Shown one piece after another: positions 1 to 6,309 of a DNA stretch of 6,309 nt (position 1 is the stretch's first letter; each line of letters begins with the position of its first letter). The notes under the pieces were generated by a model. The model was not told the origin of the DNA, did no database searches, and saw nothing but the letters and a program-made list of their open reading frames with translations. This stretch comes from Paraspadella gotoi (lineage: Eukaryota > Animalia > Chaetognatha): positions 1 through 6,309 of the forward strand of contig JBJCIZ010001653.1 in assembly GCA_051294375.1 (NCBI GenBank), in the 5' to 3' direction. Position numbers and translations under genes: made by a program.

Positions 1-20
1 GAGAGAGAGAGAGAGAGAGA
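1..20. repeat. (GA)n microsatellite, truncated by the window start
   Basis: Ten perfect GA units at 1-20. Confidence 0.95.
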
Positions 21-293
21 CACGACTTAGCCTTCTAATCCCTCCAGAGGGTTTATCTTCTCGTCTTGAGGCTTAGAATAACTTTGCTTCTTGTCTCGAT
101 TTTAGAGACCGAATAAAAAAACAAACAAATAAAATTGAATTTTTGTTTAATGTTTCTTTTTATATTTTATTTGATTTGGTTTATTTTTTTATCGTGTCAC
201 TAAGAATTTCTATTGACTGAGGTTAGTCATCGTGCTATTCTTAAACTGAGACAAAAAAAAAAAGAAAATCATATTTATTTAATATCTGAATCG

Positions 294-373
294 TTTAACG
301 ATTTAAACGACCAATCAACGTCGTTCGCGGTCATTTAACGATTTAAACGACCAATCAACGTCGTTCGCGGTCA
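294..373. repeat. Perfect 40-bp tandem duplication (2 copies)
   Basis: tttaacgatttaaacgaccaatcaacgtcgttcgcggtca occurs at 294-333 and again, identical, at 334-373 with no spacer. Confidence 0.95.
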
Positions 374-1001
374 ATCGTTAAAAATTATTCACGAGAACGA
401 GTAACAGTCGGAGAAAATAAGTAGGAAAAATAATTAAATAAAGTGTAAAATTGAGTCATGGATGGCAAGAGAAAAAAAAAAGTGAGAAAATCTTTTCCAA
501 ATAATTCGTCGTATTAGAGTAAAATTTACTTTGAAAGATTGTAAAAGAAAATCAAAGAAAATTGACAAATCAAGACGGAGGTAAAGATAGTTTCAGAAAA
601 ATTAAAAAAGAGAAATTTCCCCATGAATGACTAAGTTTAACAACATAATTTTCTTCAGAATCTCTGAAAGTGAGAGAAATTGGAAAATTCCATCAAAAGA
701 AAATCTGTCTTCATGTTTCAGAAAAAAGTTGCAGGAGAATATCGGTCGATCAGTTTTAGAAAAACCGGAAAGGAAAACCTGGAAAATGTGAATACCAATA
801 TATTATGAATTTAGGACATTAATACAACTACAGAGAAAGCGTTTTCCATTTCGAAATATTCTTTGCTTACAGAAATGTTTTAATCATATTGCCATGTAGG
901 ACCAAAGGCTTGACTGTGAAAGATTGTTGATTGATTTAAAAAAAAAAATTAGTAATGAACCAGGGTTTAGTAAGTGCAGCAGATAAATTTGTGGATTATC
1001 T

Positions 1002-1033
1002 CAAATGAGATTGAGTTCCTCAATCCTCATTTG
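1002..1033. other. Inverted repeat/hairpin, 14-bp stem with one bulge
   Basis: caaatgag-attgag (1002-1015), loop ttc (1016-1018), then ctcaat-c-ctcatttg (1019-1033). The arms are exact reverse complements apart from bulged C1025. Confidence 0.8.
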
Positions 1034-1360
1034 CATATTGTCGTTTTCATGATTAAGCTTGATAAATTGTGTGTTCTAAATGCCGCTAAAGGTTTAATTT
1101 AATAAATAATATTCAATATTAATTTATAAACATTGTGAACCGGTAATAAATGCAGGATTAAATTGTTTATGAAGAAGAATACAGAGAACAAAAAAAAAAA
1201 ACGGCAAAAGCGTAACCCGCAGGAAACGGAAATTCGTGAAACGTCTCGAATTCGAGGATAAGGGATGCGGAACGGAAAAAGAAATAACTTTTTCAAACGG
1301 GAAGATTCGCCGAATCACTCGAACGCAAAAGCGCAATTTAACGCATCTTTCCCGCCGCAG

Positions 1361-1416
1361 CAGCCGCCAGCTGCATCAGCCAGTACCCGCTGCAGTCAGC
1401 CTTCGCGGTCGCTTAG
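1361..1416 (+). CDS. Candidate short, probably terminal, coding exon of an unidentified spliced gene: (x)AASCISQYPLQSAFAVA*
   Basis: Preceded by branch-like tttaac (1337-1342), pyrimidine-rich tctttcccgcc and CAG (AG at 1359-1360). Composition shifts abruptly from A-rich to GC-rich here. In the frame starting at 1363, 15 of 17 codons end in G/C, up to TAG 1414-1416. No homolog recognised; the upstream exons are not seen in this window. Confidence 0.45.
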
Positions 1417-1520
1417 CGGCAGCCACCGCTAGCTGAGGCCAGCCCGCTCTTCATTCCGGTCCACTCATTGGCTTGGCCAGTAAATGTCGAATATCGTTTA
1501 AAGTCGGTGAACGATCCGAC

Positions 1521-1619
1521 GAGAGAGAGAGAGAGAAGAGAGAGAAGAAGAGAGAGAGAGGAAGGAGAGAGAGAGAGGAAGGAGAGAGAGAGAGAGAGAG
1601 AGAGAGGAAGAGAGAGAGA
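1521..1619. repeat. Imperfect (GA)n polypurine microsatellite
   Basis: About 100 nt of only G/A, mostly GA units with gaa/gga interruptions. It is the source of the RE-rich pseudo-ORFs. Confidence 0.95.
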
Positions 1620-1873
1620 TATTTATCGCAGTGTGGGAGAGGTGGAAGGGGGGAGTTCTGCTCCTCGTTTTCTGTCCTGTCTAGTACAGTTCCGTTCCGT
1701 TCTTATTCGTCCAGTTTTGGTTTCGTTCTTGAGTTCGTGGCCAGTTTTGTTCCGTCGTCCTGTCGCGTCGCTGCCCTTGTCCGTGTCCGGCGGTCAAGTG
1801 TAAAGAATCTCCTTCCGAAAAAAAAATCAATAATCTGAGCGCGCAAAAAATTGAAATCTAGGGAATTTTTTTC

Positions 1874-1884
1874 GCCGCCATTTT
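1874..1884 (+). promoter_or_regulatory. YY1/Pleiohomeotic (PHO)-type motif GCCGCCATTTT
   Basis: Matches the extended YY1/PHO consensus (GCCGCCATTTT). Motif match only; function not shown. Confidence 0.3.
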
Positions 1885-2248
1885 TTTCTTTTCTTTTTTT
1901 TTAGCCCTCCTTCATTCCTCTGTCTTCATTCGCATATCATTTCACTTAACTTTCCCTTTCTTGTCTTTCTTTCTATATCTCTTGTCTTATCTTTCTTTCT
2001 TTCTTCTTCATCTTATCTTATCTTTCTTTTCTTTGCTTTCTTTCTTTCTTTTTTTTCTATCTATCTTTTTCTCTTCTCCCCTTTTCCACTTCTTTCTATA
2101 TTTCGTTCTATCTTTCTATTTTTTTCTTTTCCTCTCGTGTTTTTTTTTTGTTTCCTTTCTTTAAACTTTTTTCCTTCCCTTCTATTCTTTTCGAGTTTTC
2201 ACTAAATTTCTCGTTTTCTCATCTGTTTTTGCTTTCCTTCCTTCCTTT
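1881..2248. repeat. Degenerate T/C-rich low-complexity tract, (TTTC)n/(TATC)n-like
   Basis: Mostly T and C, with repeated ctttcttt and ctatct units and poly-T runs. Confidence 0.9.
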
Positions 2249-2286
2249 GATTCCGAGGACAAAATTCTGATCAAAGCCAAACTAAA

Positions 2287-2309
2287 CTCTCTCTCATCTC
2301 TCTCGTCGT

Positions 2310-2342
<33 letters not shown>

Positions 2343-2693
2343 ATCTCTCTCGTCTTCTCTCGCGTCCTCTCCTCCCTCGGCTCGCTCATCTCATCCTCTC
2401 TTCTTCTTCTCTTCCATTCCTCTCTCTCTTCCTTCTGCCTCATGCTCCGTCTCTCCTATCTCTCCCTCGCCTCTACATCACTCCTCCTCTCGCCTCATTC
2501 TTTTCTCTCTCTTCTGCTCTTCTCCCTCTCTTCTCATTCTCTCTTCGCACCTTTTCGTTTCTCTGCTCTTCTCCGGTCTCTCTCGTCTTTCTCTTCCTCC
2601 ACTCTCTCCCTCCTCTCTCCTTCCCTTACCCCTCCTCGTCGCATCCTTCTCGCTCTTGACTCCACCCTCTCTATCTCTTCTATCTTTCTTCTC
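2287..2693. repeat. Degenerate (CT)n polypyrimidine microsatellite
   Basis: Perfect (CT)n core around 2318-2342 inside about 400 nt of scrambled C/T sequence. Confidence 0.9.
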
Positions 2694-2768
2694 GTAGACT
2701 CGACAGTTCAATCAGGGGGATCTAGGAATTCGAGAGGTGAACAGTGTCAATAAGTGATGACGAGGCAA

Positions 2769-2857
2769 TTTTCTCTGCTCTTCTCTTCTCTCTTCTTCCT
2801 CTTCTCTGACCCTCCGCACTCCGCCCCCTCCCTCCCTGCGCCCCCCCACTTCCTTTC
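2769..2857. repeat. Pyrimidine-rich tract grading into C runs
   Basis: ttctcttctc-type units followed by C-runs (ccccc t ccc t ccc tgcg ccccccc). Confidence 0.8.
2824..2847 (-). other. Canonical G-quadruplex-forming motif on the minus strand (i-motif on plus)
   Basis: Plus strand reads C5-t-C3-t-C3-tgcg-C7, giving four G>=3 runs with loops of 1-4 nt on the minus strand. Confidence 0.6.
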
Positions 2858-3342
2858 TGGGCGACGGCTCAGAAATAGCTTGCATATTCTCCCTCGCTCC
2901 TTTTAATGCTGGCGAATTAAAATTTAAGCAGTGGTTCCCCCGTCGAGAAACGAGCCGGAATTGCCGCCTCATTGTTCTCTTATTGCTTTCTCTTTTTTTT
3001 ATTTCTTTATGAAGCTTCTTTTCGAGCTTTAAAATCATGGCGTCCTGTTCTTACGGGGTCGTAAGCTTTTTTGCACCGTAATACAATATCGTCAGAAATT
3101 TATCATACCTGTTTCTTTGTTTATTTTAAATATTGTTAAGTAAAGATTTTCGAATTCTCGAAGTTTTTTCAACAATTTTTTTTTCAGAATGGATTAAATG
3201 ATAAGAAAAACGCAAATTAATAACAAGAACGCCGAAAGGATAACGACGGCCCGTTACTTAAGTCTTAACCTGATTAGCGATTAAAAAGTCTTCTACATTA
3301 TTCAACTATACTCTACTATGAAATTGATATAGTATTTTCTAA

Positions 3343-3388
3343 AGTAAGCTATCTTGTCCAGAACTTTGGACAGGATTTTGCTCTTACT
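3343..3388. other. Stem-loop / inverted repeat
   Basis: Inner stem atcttgtcca (3351-3360) pairs with tggacaggat (3367-3376), with one G-U pair and a 6-nt loop. Outer stem agtaag (3343-3348) pairs with cttact (3383-3388). Confidence 0.7.
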
Positions 3389-3658
3389 GGATCCTGCAAG
3401 ACTCTTCACAGTCGAGTTTTTATGTTTAGCATTAAGTTTCCAAATATACGCAAACAAACTGAGTTCATAAACAAAAACTGACATTCGCAGTAAGAAATGC
3501 AAGTTATCCAAGCGGACTGATCAATTCCCAGGGCCCTGCATAGATCCCCCCAGGGCTTTCATCGAATCTCACCATCGTTCTTAGCCCTTCTCCGGGCCCG
3601 GCGCCAAACTAGGCCCCGCTAGGCCCTGAGCTCTTATATCGCTAGGTTAATTCCACCG

Positions 3659-3754
3659 TCTCTCTCTCTCATCTTCATGTCTCTGCTCCTCGCTGCTCTC
3701 TCGTCTCTCAATCTCTCTCTGCTCTCTCTCTCTCCTCTGCTCTCTCTCTCTCTC
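3659..3754. repeat. Imperfect (CT)n microsatellite
   Basis: Several (CT)4-7 runs interrupted by ctg/cat. Confidence 0.9.
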
Positions 3755-4010
3755 CGCCGAAATTAACTCTGGCGGCGGCGTCGCTTCTCTTTTGATGAAC
3801 CAGAGTCCATTGTCCGAGTTTTACCGAAACCGTCGATTTAAACCATTTTTATATTTTACGCCCATATGCTCGATCGGGGCCGCGCCGCCGGGCCTGGCGT
3901 CGCGGCGAGCGAAAAGAGAGACTGGAAAGTTGGCGTCGTGAAGCGGAGAGACCGGAAATGAGGTTTGGAGTGAGGGAGTGAGAGGGAACGTGACGTAGGG
4001 AGGGGAGGAT

Positions 4011-4064
<54 letters not shown>

Positions 4065-4311
4065 GAGATAGATAGATAGATAGATAGAATAGATGATAGA
4101 GAGAGATAGATAGGATAATAGTAGATAGATAGATTAGAAAGAAAGAAAGAAGAAGAAAGAAAGAAAAGAAAGAAAGAAAAGAAGAAGAAAGAAAGAAAGA
4201 AAGAAAGAAAGGAGAGTAGATAAAGATAGGATAGAGTTATATAGACAGAACAGAGAAAGAGAGAAGAGAGAGAGAGAGAAAGAAGAGAGGAGAGAGAGAG
4301 AAGAGAAGAGG
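4011..4311. repeat. Compound microsatellite: (GA)n, (GATA)n, (GAAA)n, then degenerate GA
   Basis: Perfect (GA)23 at 4015-4060, GATA units at about 4067-4132, GAAA/GAA units at about 4137-4210, and a GA-rich tail to about 4311. Confidence 0.95.
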
Positions 4312-4486
4312 ATACGCCAAACGCGCAACGTGATGTTTCTTTTTTTTTTTTTGCGGCTCGATTTTGCAGCGCGTCGTATGCGGGAGAGGCGCCGCCTTTT
4401 TCGATTTACGCGGGCGTTGGTCTAGACGGGCGACGGCTTACGTCGACGCCCTTAGCGATGGGCGCGCCCGTTAAGCTGACTGCATC

Positions 4487-4511
4487 GGGCGGGGGGAGGG
4501 AAGGGGGGGGG
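4487..4511 (+). other. Canonical G-quadruplex-forming motif
   Basis: GGG-c-GGGGGG-a-GGG-aa-GGGGGGGGG: four G-runs with 1-2 nt loops. Confidence 0.65.
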
Positions 4512-4614
4512 AGAACCTGGTCTGAATGAAAAAAGACGACGCGGAAGTAAATTTGCGTTAATGTGGTGAGACATTTTTAACGGAAACCAGCGATGTGGAA
4601 GTTGTTTGTATGTC

Positions 4615-6309
4615 AATAATTAAATTAATAATTATAATTTAATTTAATAATATTTAATATTATATATAAAGAATATAATTATTAAAAATATAATAATAAT
4701 AAAAAAAAAAAAAATATATGAATATATCATAAATATAATTATAAAAATAATTCATTTATAATATTTAATTTATATATATATAAAAAAATATAATATAAAA
4801 TAGTTAAAATAAAAATTTATATAAATAATCATATAATATTTATTAAACTAAATTAAAATAATAAAATAATATAATTATAAATATAATACAAATCCATAAA
4901 AATTAAAATTATAAAAAATATAAATATTAATATTATAAATATTATAATATAAATATATACTATAATTAATAAATAATTAAAATATAATACTAATATATAT
5001 ATTAAATAAAATAAATAATATAATAAACATAATAATAAATTAAATAAAAATATATATAAAATTAATATAAAATAAAAAATAATTAATATAAAATTATTAT
5101 ATATCTAATAATAAATTAAAATAAATTTATTATAAATATAAATAATAATTATTATAGAATAAATTACATATTAAATTACGATATTAATATAAAATTAATA
5201 ATATAGATATATAAAAATAAAATATATAATTAATATAAAATATATAATAAATATATATAATATTACTATGTAAAATATTAAACAATAGAAATATTAAATC
5301 AAATGATAATAAATAATATAAATTAGATTTATAAATATTATTATATATAAATAAATTTAATAGTATGAAGTTATTAAATATAATTATTTAAAAAAAAGAT
5401 TTAATAATAAGTAAAATTAATAATTTAATAAAATTAAATTTTTATATAATTTAAATTTATATATAATTATATTATTTATTATTAAATAAATATTAAAATA
5501 AATGATATAATATAAAAAATTAATAAATTATATTTAAATATAATAATATTTAATATCTCATAATATAATGATTTTAAAAATAAATATATTTTTAATAATT
5601 TAACATTTAATATAATATTAATAAATAAAAATTATAATATTTATTATAAGATATAAAATAAAATATACAATAATAAATATTAATAATAATAAATTAAATA
5701 ATATATAAATAATAAAATATATTTAAACATAATAATCATATAAAATAAATATAATATAAATTTATATAATAAATTAAACTTAATATAATTATAAATTTAT
5801 ATTATGTATAAATAATAATAAATTAATTAAAATTATATTTAAATATTAAATTTATTAATAGATTAAATAATATATTATTTATAAAGATATTATAAAATGA
5901 TTTTTAATTTTAAAAAATTAATTAATAATGATAATTTAAATAATATATTATAATAATTAGAATAATTAATACAATAATATATATAAATGATATAATAAAT
6001 ATTTATAATAAATTAATTATATTATATTATTATAAATAAATATATTAAAATAAATTATAAAAATAATATTTTTATATTTAATTAATATGATTATGATAAT
6101 ATAAATGATAAATAAATATTGAAAATAATAATATTATATAAATATTACAATATAATGTTATATATTTAAATAAATTATATAATATGTATGAAATATATAT
6201 TAAGCAATAATATTTAAATTTATAATATAAAAAAAATTAAAAATAAATAATAAGAATTTAATAATAAAAATATATTATATATTTATAATATAATAAATAT
6301 TATTAACAA
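4615..6309. repeat. Extremely AT-rich (~96%) low-complexity block running off the window end
   Basis: Hand count gives 61 G/C in 4621-6309. It is a mix of short AAT/TA/AAAT units, A-biased on the plus strand, with no clear long period. Confidence 0.9.

Noticed and set aside
294-373. Palindromic 40-bp repeat as a CRISPR array
   Set aside because: Only two head-to-tail copies, no spacer, no cas genes, and a eukaryote-like context.
1099-1436. ORFs 1099-1296, 1124-1336 and 1236-1436
   Set aside because: Short, overlapping, spanning poly-A runs or A-rich intron-like DNA, with no recognisable motifs. The codon bias at 1363-1416 is in a different frame from the 1236-1436 ORF.
1468-1838. ORFs 1468-1803 and 1473-1838 as stand-alone genes
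   Set aside because: They have non-ATG starts, and their length comes from the stop-free GA tract and an A-poor segment. Only the first part of the 1468 frame is kept, as a possible readthrough extension.
2287-2354. 21-nt direct repeat ctctctctcatctctctcgtc at 2287 and 2334
   Set aside because: It lies within a CT microsatellite and is explained by ordinary slippage.
1961-3038. ORFs 1961-2164, 2442-2753, 2478-2711 and 2712-3038 (F/L/S-rich or R/E/G-rich peptides)
   Set aside because: They are translations of CT/GA low-complexity DNA, which lacks stop codons. No domain-like sequence; the apparent hydrophobic 'membrane' character is compositional.
3146-3168. Heat-shock element (ttcgaattctcgaag)
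   Set aside because: Only two properly spaced inverted nGAAn units; the third is imperfect.
3302-3511. 69-aa minus-strand ORF
   Set aside because: Non-ATG start, no recognisable motif, and a length expected by chance.
3754-3793. GC hairpin followed by T-rich sequence as an intrinsic terminator
   Set aside because: The stem is weak and bulged, there is no upstream gene, and the context is not prokaryotic.
1881-4311. Large fold-back (palindromic chimeric read) pairing the CT tracts with the 4011-4311 GA tracts
   Set aside because: The unique islands between the tracts do not match each other in reverse complement; the similarity is limited to SSR composition.
4134-4328. 64-aa minus-strand ORF
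   Set aside because: Direct translation of the GA/GAAA microsatellite.
4615-6309. Mitochondrial A+T-rich control region, NUMT or AT-rich organellar coding sequence
   Set aside because: No flanking tRNA/rRNA, no long poly-T stretch or tandem macro-repeat, and TAA stops are dense throughout. It cannot be supported from the sequence.

Overview
Eukaryotic-looking, mostly non-coding, low-complexity window. It is dominated by simple sequence repeats: GA/CT, GATA and GAAA/TTTC tracts whose purine strand switches back and forth, interspersed with short CpG-rich unique islands. It ends in about 1.7 kb of aperiodic ~96% A+T sequence (61 G/C in 4621-6309 by hand count). This SSR density with undepleted CpG resembles arthropod genomes such as penaeid shrimp or Hymenoptera (inference only). 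The scrambled look of several SSRs suggests part of the window may be poorly polished long-read consensus. None of the supplied ORFs is credible as a gene; most are translations of microsatellites. The best coding candidate is not in the ORF track: a short spliced exon starting at 1361 (xAASCISQYPLQSAFAVA*), with a plausible acceptor and 15/17 G/C-ending codons. Its TAG sits in a hairpin and is followed by further codon-biased in-frame sequence, so it is a stop-codon readthrough candidate. Other structure includes an exact 40-bp tandem duplication of a self-complementary unit, several hairpins, two canonical G-quadruplex motifs and a PHO/YY1 motif beside GAGA tracts. I found no firm evidence of a new multi-gene system, RNA gene, CRISPR array or autonomous mobile element.
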